From Planctomycetota bacterium (GTDB taxonomy: Bacteria > Planctomycetota > B15-G4): DNA of 64,000 bases. Each line of letters opens with the position of its first letter. Positions within the stretch are counted from its first letter, which is position 1. Under the pieces are notes generated by a model. That model worked only from the letters and a program-made list of their open reading frames with translations, had not been told where the DNA came from and made no database searches. Of the stretch, positions 1-9,457 are shown piece after piece. Made by a program: the position numbers and the translations under genes. The stretch covers positions 1 through 64,000 of the forward strand of contig JBBQUR010000016.1 in NCBI GenBank assembly GCA_038212275.1, in the 5' to 3' direction.

Positions 1-19
1 GGGGATGGGGAGATTGCGG

Positions 20-203
20 TGCTCGGCGCGTGATGCTCAGGTGCGGAATGCTCAGCACTCAATGATCAGAACGGAATCCTCAAGCGGGCAATGTTCGGCG
101 TGCACGGCGCAGCGCGGAACGCCTCGCGCGTGACGCTCAGCTCGAGATGGTGAGCGCGTGCCTCTCAACGCGTAGTTCCCAGCGAGTGCTGCTCAGCGCG
201 GGA
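20..203. repeat. Degenerate 14-bp tandem repeat, consensus TGCTCAGCGCGTGA, ~13 copies, non-coding
   Basis: Units start at 20, 34, 49, 63, 77, 92, 106, 120, 134, 148, 162, 176 and 190 (e.g. tgctcggcgcgtga, cgctcagctcgaga, tgctcagcgcggga). All six frames contain stops. Confidence 0.75.
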
Positions 204-670
204 TGACCATGACGGGCGGCAGGCACAGAGAACGCATCACGCCGTGGCGGAGACGGAACGCGTCAGCTGAAGCGACTCACAAGTGGGCAGCACACGACTT
301 CGCAGCGCTCACGCTCCGGCAGAGCCTCGTCATTCGTCCGGGCCACCGTTCCGCCCGAGACACCGGCCAGGCGCGCTCGCCGTCCGGACGTTCAACCTCT
401 GCGGGCGAGCGACGGCGTCGAGAAGCGCAAGCGCCGGGGATGCTGACCGCCTCGCCTGGCACGGAAAAGCCTGCCTCGGCGAGCGCGGGACGGGAGGTTT
501 GTCCGGCGCGAAGGGCGCCGCTCCCGGAACCGTAACGCGTCCGTCCGCCCCACGGGCGCAGCGCCGGACAATCCTCCCGCCCCGCGCACACCCCGCCCCA
601 TGCGACTCACCCCTGCCTCGCCCCCAGCGCGGTCAGCACCCCCGGCGCGACCACGAAACAAAGCCGTCCC

Positions 671-1675
671 TCAGTCCTCGGCCTGCAGCAACTTCCTCGC
701 CCGCTGCAGCTCCGCGGCGTGTTCAGGCGTGACCGCCGGGTAGTGCAGGCCGAGCGCCTGCAGCCGCAGCACGATCGTCGCGCAGACTGCGAGGCGCGTG
801 TACCACTTGTGATCGGCGGGCACGATGTGCCACGGCGCCCAGGGCGTGCTGGTGTGCTGGAAGACGTCCTCGTAGGCCGCCATGTAGTCGTCCCAGCGCA
901 GGCGCTCGCGGGCGTCGGCTTCGGAGAACTTCCAGTTCTTCTCGTGCTGGTCGATGCGTTGCAGGAAGCGTCGCTTCTGCTCGTCGCGGCTCATGTGCAG
1001 GAAGAACTTCAGGATCACCGTGCCGTTGTCGGAGAGGTGCCGCTCGAAGGCGTTGATCTCCTCGAAGCGGCGCAACCAGATGTTGCCGTCGCGCGTCGCG
1101 GGCGGCAGGCGCTGGCGGGCAAGGATCTCGGGATGCACGCGCGCGACGAGCACCTCCTCGTAGTAGCTGCGGTTGAAGATGCCGATGCGGCCGCGCTCCG
1201 GCAGGGCCTTGGCCGAGCGCCAGAGGTAGTCGTGATCGAGCTCTTCCGTCGACGGCGCCTTGAAGCTGAAGACCTGGCAGCCCTGCGGGTTCACGCCGGA
1301 CATCACGTGCTTGATCGTGCCGTCCTTGCCGGCGGCATCCATCGCCTGCAGCACGATGAGCACCGAGTAGGTGTTCTGCGCGTACAGGCGGTCCTGCTGC
1401 TCGGCAAGCAGCTCGACGCCCTGCGCGAGCCGGGCGGCGGCGTGGCGTTTGCGCAGGTGATCGCCCGTGGAGGCCGGGTCGTAGTCGCGTGAGAGGCGGA
1501 TGCGCTTGCCCGGCGGCACGAGCAGCTTGCGTACCGCCTTCTCGACGCGGCGCCGCTCCGCCGCAGCGAGCCGGCTGCCGCCGCCGGACTCTTTGTGAGC
1601 CGACGCGGTGCCCCCGCTGGAGGTCTTGCTCACCGCCGCGCCGCGCGCGCGAGGCTTGCGGCGCTTGCTGCTCAC
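671..1675 (-). CDS. ppk2: Polyphosphate kinase 2 family (class III-like)
   Basis: Walker A region QAMDAAGKDGTIKHVMSGVNPQG, plus FKAPS.EELDHDYLWR, IFNRSYYE and KNWKF motifs. GTG start at 1675 overlaps the RND stop (GTGA). Confidence 0.93.
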   Translation of the reverse strand: MSSKRRKPRARGAAVSKTSSGGTASAHKESGGGSRLAAAERRRVEKAVRKLLVPPGKRIRLSRDYDPASTGDHLRKRHAAARLAQGVELLAEQQDRLYAQNTYSVLIVLQAMDAAGKDGTIKHVMSGVNPQGCQVFSFKAPSTEELDHDYLWRSAKALPERGRIGIFNRSYYEEVLVARVHPEILARQRLPPATRDGNIWLRRFEEINAFERHLSDNGTVILKFFLHMSRDEQKRRFLQRIDQHEKNWKFSEADARERLRWDDYMAAYEDVFQHTSTPWAPWHIVPADHKWYTRLAVCATIVLRLQALGLHYPAVTPEHAAELQRARKLLQAED

Positions 1676-4600
1676 GATGTCAGGTCGCTTTCGTGGGCTG
1701 CGCCCTCGGAGGACGCGCCGTGGGCAGCTTCGCCGCCTTCGTGCGCCGTGTCTCCATGCACGACCTTCTTCCCGGAGGACTTGCCGCGGATCACCTTGTA
1801 GAAGATCGGCGTGAAGATCAGGCCGAAGGCGGTCACGCCGAGCATGCCGGAGAAGACGGCGACGCCGAGCGAGAAGCGCATCTCGGAGCCGGCGCCCTTG
1901 GCCGTGATCAGCGGCACGACGCCCAGGATGAAGGCGAAGGACGTCATGAGGATCGGGCGCAGGCGCTCCCTGCACGCCTCGACGAGGGCCTCGACGCGCT
2001 CCTTCCCTTGCTCCTCGAGCTGCTTGGCGAACTCGACGACGAGGATCGCGTTCTTCGCGGCGAGCCCGATGAGCACGACGAGTCCTATCTGCGTGAAGAT
2101 GTTGATGTCGAGGTTGACCACCCACACGCCGAGCAGCGCCGCGAGGATGCACATCGGCACGATGAGCAGGATCGCGAAGGGCAGTGACCAGCTCTCATAC
2201 TGCGCCGCGAGCACCATGAACACGAAGAGCACCGCGAGCGGGAAGACGAGCTTCGACAGCAGGTCCTTCGAGGCGAGGATCTCCTGCAGCGTCAGCTCCG
2301 TCCACTCGAAGCCCATGGTCTGCGGGAGGGACTCCGCCGCGATGCGGTTCATGATGGTGATGACGTCGCCCGAGCTCGTTCCCGGCGCGGGGATGCCGTT
2401 GAGCTCCGCGGACGGGTAGAGGTTGTAGTGGTTCACGAGCGCCGGCCCGGCGGAGTCCTTCACCTTGACGAGTGTCGCCAGCGGGACGCGGCCGCCCGCG
2501 ATGTTGCGGACCTCGAGCCGGCCGATGTCCTCCTGGCGCGTGCGGAAGCTCGGGTCGGACTGCACGTTCACCTGCCAGTTGCGATTCAGGAAGGTGAAGT
2601 CGTTGACGTACAGCGATCCGAGGTAGGTCTGCAGCGTGTTGTTGACGTCGGCGAGCGAGACGCCCATCGCCTCCGCCTTGTCCCGGTCGATGTCCAGGAA
2701 GACCTGCGGGTATTTCACGCTGAAGGTGGAGAAGAGTCCGGCGATGGCGGGGTCCTGCGTGCCGGCGCGGCCCAGCTCGGTCACCGCATCCTGCAGCGCC
2801 GGCAGGCCCGCGCCGCGGCGGTCCTGCACCTGCAGCTTGAAGCCGCCCGTGGAGCCGATGCCCTCGACGGGAGGGGCCTGGAACACGCTGGTCACCGCGC
2901 CGAGGTGCGCCGCGAACTTCGCCTGCAGCGCCTGCTGCACGACGAACGAACTGCGCTCGGGATCGTGCTTGCGCACCTCGAAGGGTTCGAGCACCACGAA
3001 CATGCCGCCCATGTTGCTGATGTTCGTGCCGAGCAGCGTCGAGTAGCCGGGCACTTCGATGGTGTGGGCGACGCCCGGCGTGCTGCGGGCCTCCTCGGCG
3101 AGCGTGCGCAGCAGCTCGTCCGTGCGCTGGAGGCTGGCGCCGTCGGGGAGCTGGGCGTTCACCACGAGGTAGCCCTTGTCCTGCGACGGGATGAAACCCT
3201 TGGGGAGAAGCTCGAAGCCGCCCCACGTGAGCGCGAGCAGCCCGCCATAGACCACCAGCATGATGACGGAGATGCGCAGCAGGCCGCGCACCATGCTGCC
3301 GTAGCCGGACGACAGCACGTTGAAGAACTTGTTGAACCCGCGCAGGAACTTCCCGAGCGCCGCGTTCACCGGGTTCCTCACGAGCCAGCCCGCTGCGGTG
3401 CCTGCGGCATACAGCCCCAGCTTGATGACCAGGACCGTGGTGCCGCCGGCCTCGCCGTCGAAGCCGAAGAGACCGAGCAGCACGCCGATGAGCAGGTGGT
3501 AGACGAGCGCGCCGCCGAGCAGCGCGATGCCCCAGAGCGGCAAGGCCTCCGGCGGGTGCTCCTTGGAGTGCGGCTTGATGAGCGCCACCGCGCGGGCCGG
3601 GGCCATGGTCATGGCATTGATGGCGGAGATGATCGTGGCGGCCGCGATGGTCAGCGCGAACTGCTTGAAGAACTCGCCGTTGATGCCCGCGAGGAAGGCC
3701 GTCGGGACGAAGACCGACGTGAGCACGAGCGTGATGGCGATCACGGGCCCGGTGATCTCCTCCATCGCCTTGATGGTCGCCTCGCGTGGCGGGATGCCCT
3801 TCGCCATCCAGCGCTCGATGTTCTCGACGACGACGATGGCGTCGTCCACGACGATGCCGATGGCGAGCACGAGTCCGAACAGCGTCAGGTTGTTGATCGA
3901 GAACCCGAGCGCGGACATGACGAAGAGCGTGCCGATGAGCGACACGGGCACGTCGATCATCGGAAGCAGCGTCGCGCGCCAGTCCTGCAGGAAGACGAGC
4001 ACGACCAGGAAGACGAGAATGAACGCCTCGATGAGCGTCTTGTAGACCTCGTGCACCGACTCCGCGATGAACACCGTCGTGTCGTAGACGATCTTGTATT
4101 CGACGCCCTCGGGGAGGTTTGCGCCGATCTCCGCCATGCGGGCCTTGATCTCGTCGGCGGTCTGCAGCGCGTTGGCGCCGGGCAGCTGGTAGAGCGCGAG
4201 CGTGACGGCGGGCTTCCCGTCCAGGTAGCTGTTGACGTCGTAGTTCTTGGCGCCGAACTCGATGCCGCCGGGCACCGAGACGGCGGACTCCACGACGTCG
4301 CGTTCGCTCACCAGGTCGCGCAGCTTCACGAGCTGGCCCTGCGTGCCGACCTTCACGATGATGTCGCTGAACTGCGCGGGATCCGTGAGCCGTCCCAGCG
4401 TGTTGATCGTGAGCTGGAAGGGCACGCTGGCGCCCAGCGGAACGGGCGCCTGCCCTAGCCGGCCCGCGCCCACCTGCACGTTCTGCGCGCGCACGGCGTC
4501 CACCACGTCCTGCGCCACCAGGTTGCGCGCGGCGAGCTTCGACGGGTCGAGCCAGATGCGCATGCTGTAGTCGCGCGGCCCGAGAAACGTCACGTCGCCC

Positions 4601-5118
4601 ACGCCCTTGATGCGGGCCAGATCGTCCTTCACCGCCGTCGTGGCGTAGTTGTTCAGGTAGAGCTGGTCGTATTTTCCCGAGGGCGAGAGCAGGTTGACGC
4701 AGAGCAGGATGCTGGTCGATTTCTTCTTCGTGGTGACGCCGTTGCGCTGCGCCTCCTGCGGCAGCTTGGGCAGCGCGATCGCCACGCGGTTCTGCACGAG
4801 CACCTGCGCCAGATCGAGATCCATGCCCAGTTCGAAGGTGACGTCCAGCGTCATCTGGCCGTCGCTGGTCGACTTCGACTGCATGTAGAGCATGCCCTCG
4901 ACGCCGTTGACTTCCTGCTCGATGGGGAAGGCCACGGTCGATGCGACGGTCTCGGCGTTGGCACCCGGGTAGCTCGCGGTCACGGAGACCGTGGGCGGCG
5001 CCACTTCCGGGTATTGAGCAATGGGCAGCCGCTCGAGGGCGACGATGCCGAGCACGATGATGACGACGGACAGCACCGTCGCGAACACCGGGCGATCGAC
5101 GAAGAATCGAGCGAGCAT
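1672..5118 (-). CDS. HAE1-family RND efflux permease (AcrB/MexF-like)
   Basis: N-terminal FFVDRPVFA, TM4 GIVVDDAIVVVENIER, LAAKNAILVVEFA and RLRPILMTSFAFILG; 1148 aa. Confidence 0.96.
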   Translation of the reverse strand: MLARFFVDRPVFATVLSVVIIVLGIVALERLPIAQYPEVAPPTVSVTASYPGANAETVASTVAFPIEQEVNGVEGMLYMQSKSTSDGQMTLDVTFELGMDLDLAQVLVQNRVAIALPKLPQEAQRNGVTTKKKSTSILLCVNLLSPSGKYDQLYLNNYATTAVKDDLARIKGVGDVTFLGPRDYSMRIWLDPSKLAARNLVAQDVVDAVRAQNVQVGAGRLGQAPVPLGASVPFQLTINTLGRLTDPAQFSDIIVKVGTQGQLVKLRDLVSERDVVESAVSVPGGIEFGAKNYDVNSYLDGKPAVTLALYQLPGANALQTADEIKARMAEIGANLPEGVEYKIVYDTTVFIAESVHEVYKTLIEAFILVFLVVLVFLQDWRATLLPMIDVPVSLIGTLFVMSALGFSINNLTLFGLVLAIGIVVDDAIVVVENIERWMAKGIPPREATIKAMEEITGPVIAITLVLTSVFVPTAFLAGINGEFFKQFALTIAAATIISAINAMTMAPARAVALIKPHSKEHPPEALPLWGIALLGGALVYHLLIGVLLGLFGFDGEAGGTTVLVIKLGLYAAGTAAGWLVRNPVNAALGKFLRGFNKFFNVLSSGYGSMVRGLLRISVIMLVVYGGLLALTWGGFELLPKGFIPSQDKGYLVVNAQLPDGASLQRTDELLRTLAEEARSTPGVAHTIEVPGYSTLLGTNISNMGGMFVVLEPFEVRKHDPERSSFVVQQALQAKFAAHLGAVTSVFQAPPVEGIGSTGGFKLQVQDRRGAGLPALQDAVTELGRAGTQDPAIAGLFSTFSVKYPQVFLDIDRDKAEAMGVSLADVNNTLQTYLGSLYVNDFTFLNRNWQVNVQSDPSFRTRQEDIGRLEVRNIAGGRVPLATLVKVKDSAGPALVNHYNLYPSAELNGIPAPGTSSGDVITIMNRIAAESLPQTMGFEWTELTLQEILASKDLLSKLVFPLAVLFVFMVLAAQYESWSLPFAILLIVPMCILAALLGVWVVNLDINIFTQIGLVVLIGLAAKNAILVVEFAKQLEEQGKERVEALVEACRERLRPILMTSFAFILGVVPLITAKGAGSEMRFSLGVAVFSGMLGVTAFGLIFTPIFYKVIRGKSSGKKVVHGDTAHEGGEAAHGASSEGAAHESDLTS

Positions 5119-5183
5119 GGCCGGTCTCCTGGTGCTGTGCGGAAGCGGTGCCTTGCGGCAGCGGTGTTGTGCGGTGCCGCGGA

Positions 5184-6416
5184 CTACTTGCCGGCGGGAG
5201 CGGGCGCGTTGGCGCCCAGCGCAACCGGCTTGCCGCTCTTGTCGAGAGCCTCGGCGGGCTCGAAGAGGCGGGCGCGAGCCTGGCCCTCGATGATCACTCG
5301 ATCGGTGGCGAGCACGCCCTCACCGTCCTTCGCTCCCGGAACCGGGAGCAGCACGCGCATGCCGTCTTCGAGCAGCCGTCCGGGCCGGACGTCCTTGCGC
5401 AGCACCTTGTCGTCGGGTCCGACGACGAGCACGTAACGAAGGGTCTGGTCGGAAGCCAGCGCGACGTCGGGCACCAGAAGCGACTGGGCCGCCTCCCCGG
5501 GCGCGATGCGCACCTTGACCCGCGAACCGGGCACCAGGAAGCCATCCTCGTTCTGTGCGATGCCGCGCAGGCGCAGCGTGCCGGTGCCGGCATCCACGGT
5601 GTTGTCGTTGAAGTCGAGAATGCCCTCGCGCGGAAACCCGGAGTCCGTGTCGAGTCCGAACGAGAACGGGAGCTTGCGCGCGGACAGCGACTCCTTGAGC
5701 CGGGCCGGATCCTTCTTCTGTGCCATCTCGCGGATCTCGAGCAACGCGCGCTCGGAGATGTCGAAGTAGATCTGGATCGGGTTCAGCGAGACGACCGTGG
5801 TCAGCACGGGATCGGAGCCGCCGGCGCCGACAAGGTTGCCTGCGGTGAGCGTTGCCTTGCTGGCGCGCCCGGCGATGGGCGACGTGATCTTCGAGAACTC
5901 CACGTTGAGCTGCAGCCGCTCGATCTCGCTCGTCGTGGCGGCGATCTGAGCCTTGAGCGCCAGCACGTCCGCCTGCTTCTTCTCGACCTGCTTCTGGCTG
6001 GCGCCGCCCTTTTCGAGCAAGGCCTCGAGGCGAGCCTGCTCCTTGCTCTCCGCAACTTCCTGCGCCTCGAAGACGCGCCGGTTCGCGACGGCCTGGTCGA
6101 CGTCGGCCTGGAAGGGGCGTGCATCCAGCGTGAACAGCAGCGCGCCGGCCTTCACGATGTCGCCGTCCTTGAAGTTGACCTTTTCGATGTGGCCGCGCAC
6201 GCGCGAGCGGACGTCCACGGTCTCTACCGCGGCCGTCCAGCCGTTGAAGATCTGCTCGTCACCGACGTCGCGGGTCTCGGGAAAGGCCACCGTCACCTTC
6301 GGTGCGGCGCGCGGCGGCGGCGGGGCGGCCTCTTTGCAGCCCGGGGCGGCGATCCATGCCAGGGCAAGGAGGGCGGCCGTGGCGGCGCGGGCACTGCGGC
6401 TCGGGAAGTGGCTCAT
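5184..6416 (-). CDS. RND periplasmic adaptor (membrane fusion lipoprotein)
   Basis: Lipobox-like APGC, VDVRSRVRGHI, ITSPIAG and DNTVDAGTGT. ATGA overlap with the upstream OMF gene. Confidence 0.94.
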   Translation of the reverse strand: MSHFPSRSARAATAALLALAWIAAPGCKEAAPPPPRAAPKVTVAFPETRDVGDEQIFNGWTAAVETVDVRSRVRGHIEKVNFKDGDIVKAGALLFTLDARPFQADVDQAVANRRVFEAQEVAESKEQARLEALLEKGGASQKQVEKKQADVLALKAQIAATTSEIERLQLNVEFSKITSPIAGRASKATLTAGNLVGAGGSDPVLTTVVSLNPIQIYFDISERALLEIREMAQKKDPARLKESLSARKLPFSFGLDTDSGFPREGILDFNDNTVDAGTGTLRLRGIAQNEDGFLVPGSRVKVRIAPGEAAQSLLVPDVALASDQTLRYVLVVGPDDKVLRKDVRPGRLLEDGMRVLLPVPGAKDGEGVLATDRVIIEGQARARLFEPAEALDKSGKPVALGANAPAPAGK

Positions 6417-8002
6417 GGGCTGCTGTCTCCGTCGTTCACTGGGTCAGGCAACTGGCCGGCCGCCTGGCGGTCCCCTGCCTCGGCCCCGGCATCGTCTTCC
6501 ATGGTGGGCGCTGCCCATCCGCCGCCAAGCGCCCGATAGAGATTCACGAGGGCGCGCGCGGCATCGCCCTGAGCGGAGGCCAACCGGTCCTGCGACTGCG
6601 TCAGGTTGCCGGTGAAGAGGAACACCTCCGAGAAGTCCACCTCTCCTTCCGCGTACTGGTCCTGGACGATCTGGACCGTGCGCATCGCGGCGGTGGAGGC
6701 CGCCAGTTGCGGGCCCAGCCGCTCCTGCGTCTTCAGCAGCGCGGCCAGCGCATCTTCCGACTCCTGCCCGGCGCCGAGCACGACCTGCTGATAGTCGAGC
6801 GTGGCCGCGCGGAAGTCAGCCTCGAAGGCCCGCACGCTGCTCGCCGTCCTGCCGTAGTCGAGGATCGACCACGTGAAGTCGGAGCCCAGGAAGCTGGTCT
6901 GCGCCCCGGACTTGCCGAGGTCGGAGCTGTGCTGCGCCGAGACGCCCAGAGTGCCCACGATGGAGATGCGCGGATAGAAATCCGCCTCGGCGATGCCGAT
7001 GCGCGCGCAGCGCGCGGCCGCGATGCGCTCCGCGCGGCGGACGTCGGGGCGGCGGCGGAGCAGGTCGGCCGGGATGCCCACCGCAACGGTCTGCGGCGCG
7101 ACGGGAATGGGCGCCGCTCCCAGTTCCGCAGAGAGGTCGCGCGGCGGCCTTCCCGAGAGGACGCACAGCGCATTGTTCTCGATCCGCAACCCGAGCTCCG
7201 TTCCCGGGATGAGCGCGCGCGTCTCCTCGAGCACCTGCCGGGCCTCGAACACGTCGCGCTCGGGCACCTCGCCGGCGTCGAAACGCGCCTGGGTCACATT
7301 GAAGGAGTCCTGCTGGATCTTCTCGTTCTGACGAAGGTAGTTGAGCCGCTCCTGGAAGGTGCGGTACGAGACGTAGCGCCCGGCCGTCTCGGCGTAGAGC
7401 AGGACCATGACGTCGTCGTGTTCCGCGACGGAGGCCTGCAACTCGGCATCCGCGGATTCCACGGCGCGCCGGTAGCGGCCCCAGAAGTCGATCTCCCACG
7501 AAGCGCCGGCATCGATGTCCCACTGGTTCGACGTCCGCTCGAAGTCGGACGTCGGAATGTTGGCAGTCTCCTCGCTGAGGCGCGTGGAGCCCACGCCTCC
7601 GGCCGCTCCCTGACTCTGCGGATACATGAAGCCGGCGGCGAGATCCCTGCGGGCCCGCGCCGCGGAAACCCGCTCGGCGGCAGCCTGAAGCGTGAGATTC
7701 CCGCTGCCTGCCTGCGCCATCAACCCGTCGAGCACGGGATCGTTGAACACGCTCCACCAGGTCTGGAGGTCCGCCTCCTCGGATTGCAGGCGCGGGTCCC
7801 GGAAGTCGATCCAGCGCTCCTCGACCTGCGTCGCGGGCTTCTCGTAGTCGGGTCCGACGAGCGTGCCGACGCCGAACGGCGTGAGCAGGCCGCAACCGGT
7901 GCAGAGGCCGAAGCCGAGCGCGCCAAGCAGCGTCCCGCGGAGCGCATGCGGCCCAAGCGAGAGGACACGGGTGAACGCGCCGCGATCGTGCGTGCGGAAC
8001 AC
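6413..8002 (-). CDS. Efflux outer membrane factor (NodT/OprM family lipoprotein)
   Basis: LCTGC lipobox followed by VGPDY, WWSVFNDPVL, SWEIDFWGRYRR, PADLLRRRPDVRRAE and LYRALGGGW. Start uncertain (GTG 8002; ORF open to 8092). Confidence 0.92.
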   Translation of the reverse strand: MFRTHDRGAFTRVLSLGPHALRGTLLGALGFGLCTGCGLLTPFGVGTLVGPDYEKPATQVEERWIDFRDPRLQSEEADLQTWWSVFNDPVLDGLMAQAGSGNLTLQAAAERVSAARARRDLAAGFMYPQSQGAAGGVGSTRLSEETANIPTSDFERTSNQWDIDAGASWEIDFWGRYRRAVESADAELQASVAEHDDVMVLLYAETAGRYVSYRTFQERLNYLRQNEKIQQDSFNVTQARFDAGEVPERDVFEARQVLEETRALIPGTELGLRIENNALCVLSGRPPRDLSAELGAAPIPVAPQTVAVGIPADLLRRRPDVRRAERIAAARCARIGIAEADFYPRISIVGTLGVSAQHSSDLGKSGAQTSFLGSDFTWSILDYGRTASSVRAFEADFRAATLDYQQVVLGAGQESEDALAALLKTQERLGPQLAASTAAMRTVQIVQDQYAEGEVDFSEVFLFTGNLTQSQDRLASAQGDAARALVNLYRALGGGWAAPTMEDDAGAEAGDRQAAGQLPDPVNDGDSSP

Positions 8003-8170
8003 GCCCCGTGTCGCCGTGAGTGCAGTCCTTCTCAGAGCCTGTCGGGTGGCCGGGACCACAGGACCTCCGCCAGGAGCCGTTGTTGCGGACACCGCGGCCC
8101 GAACGCCGTCGGATGGTATTCGCGGAAGGTCGCGCGACGCAAGCGAGCCGGCCGTCCGCAGGCCTCCGGT

Positions 8171-9457
8171 TCACAGCCGCTCGGTGAAGCTCCGCTCGTA
8201 GCCGACGAGTTCCACGTAGCCGAAGCCCTTCACGGCGTGTCCGGCACGCTCGCCTGAGAACGAGCACAGCCCTTCCCAGTACGTCACGCCCGTCGAGGAG
8301 GGCGTGCGCAGCTCCTGGTCCAGCACCATCGGCGTCACCGTCAGCATCAGCGCCTCGGCGGGTACGCGCAGCGTCCAGCCGGACGGGTACACCGCGCCAC
8401 TGCTCGGCGAGCGCCATGTGCCGGTCGACTCGAGCGTGAAATCCGGACTCCCGAGGTACGTCGTGCGCGGCTCCTGAGGCGGCGCGCCGCCGTCGCGCGG
8501 CTCGCGAAACGTGCCGGCGCTGCTCTCGTCCGCGGAGCCGTCCGCGCGCCGCATGCGGTAGAGCATCAGGTCGCTGCCGTCGTCGAGCGCCGCGGAGAAC
8601 CAGTCCCAGCCGACCTGTCCGTCGGAGAGCTGGCTGCTGCCGAACTCGTGGTCGAACCACGCGTGGCCCGTCACGGCGAGGTCCGGCTGGCCGGGCCGTC
8701 GCAGCGTGCCGCGCAGCGGCAGCCGCGGCAGGCTGTAGTACCAGCTCGCCTGGCCGGGCAGAGCGCCCTTGAGCGAGAGGCCAGGCTCCGCGCCGTGCAG
8801 CAGCGGCGCGCACGCGGCGAGATCGATGACGACGTCGAGCTCGCCGTCGCCGACGCGGCAGTGCAGGTGCGCCTCGCCGCTCGACTCGTCGGCATCGACG
8901 GATCCCGGCGCGCCGTTCGCCGCACGGAGGGTCAGCGAGCTGTCCAGCAGCGCGACGTCGAGCGCGCCCGTCGCCGCATGCGCCCACGGCGGATACGCGC
9001 GGCAGCTCTGCTCGTGAAACGACAGCGACCCGGCGGCCACGTCGGTGAGCGCGCCGTGGTAGAGCATCACGTCGCGCGTGGCAAGCGGCGAGCGTCCCGC
9101 CGGCAGCTCCGCGATGAGCGCACGCCGGAACCACGTGGCCTGGAAGCCGAACTGCGGGTCGCCGTCCGCGCTGTTCGTCGCGGTTTCCCCGTCCTCAACC
9201 GCGGCGTGCAGCACGCCGGTGAGGTACCACCATTCGGTGCGCGTCTCCGGATGGCTGCCGTGATCCGCGGGCAGCACGAGCGGCCGGCCCGGCGAGGCGC
9301 GCATGAATCCGTCCGCGTCGAGCACCGGCGTGAACGGCGGCGCGACTTGCTGCACAGGCTGCGCCACGGCGCGCGTCGCCAGCAGCAGGCAGCACGCTGC
9401 CACGACGAACCGTCGCAGCCGCGCGCCTGCATGTCGCCTCATGCACGGAGTGCTCAC
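8171..9457 (-). CDS. AttH-like / CrtC-type lipocalin-fold secreted protein
   Basis: DHGSHPETRTEWWYLTG, WFDHEF, GWDWFS, YWEG and GYVEL motifs; signal peptide. GTG overlaps the permease stop. Confidence 0.88.
   Translation of the reverse strand: MSTPCMRRHAGARLRRFVVAACCLLLATRAVAQPVQQVAPPFTPVLDADGFMRASPGRPLVLPADHGSHPETRTEWWYLTGVLHAAVEDGETATNSADGDPQFGFQATWFRRALIAELPAGRSPLATRDVMLYHGALTDVAAGSLSFHEQSCRAYPPWAHAATGALDVALLDSSLTLRAANGAPGSVDADESSGEAHLHCRVGDGELDVVIDLAACAPLLHGAEPGLSLKGALPGQASWYYSLPRLPLRGTLRRPGQPDLAVTGHAWFDHEFGSSQLSDGQVGWDWFSAALDDGSDLMLYRMRRADGSADESSAGTFREPRDGGAPPQEPRTTYLGSPDFTLESTGTWRSPSSGAVYPSGWTLRVPAEALMLTVTPMVLDQELRTPSSTGVTYWEGLCSFSGERAGHAVKGFGYVELVGYERSFTERL

Noticed and set aside
20..203. 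14-bp array (and the 15- and 21-bp arrays) as CRISPR
   Set aside because: Units are contiguous with no unique spacers, and no cas genes are in the window.
203..732. Short ORFs 203..535, 277..591, 283..732 and 392..661
   Set aside because: Arg/Pro/Ala-rich with no motifs or RBS; typical GC-rich chance ORFs.
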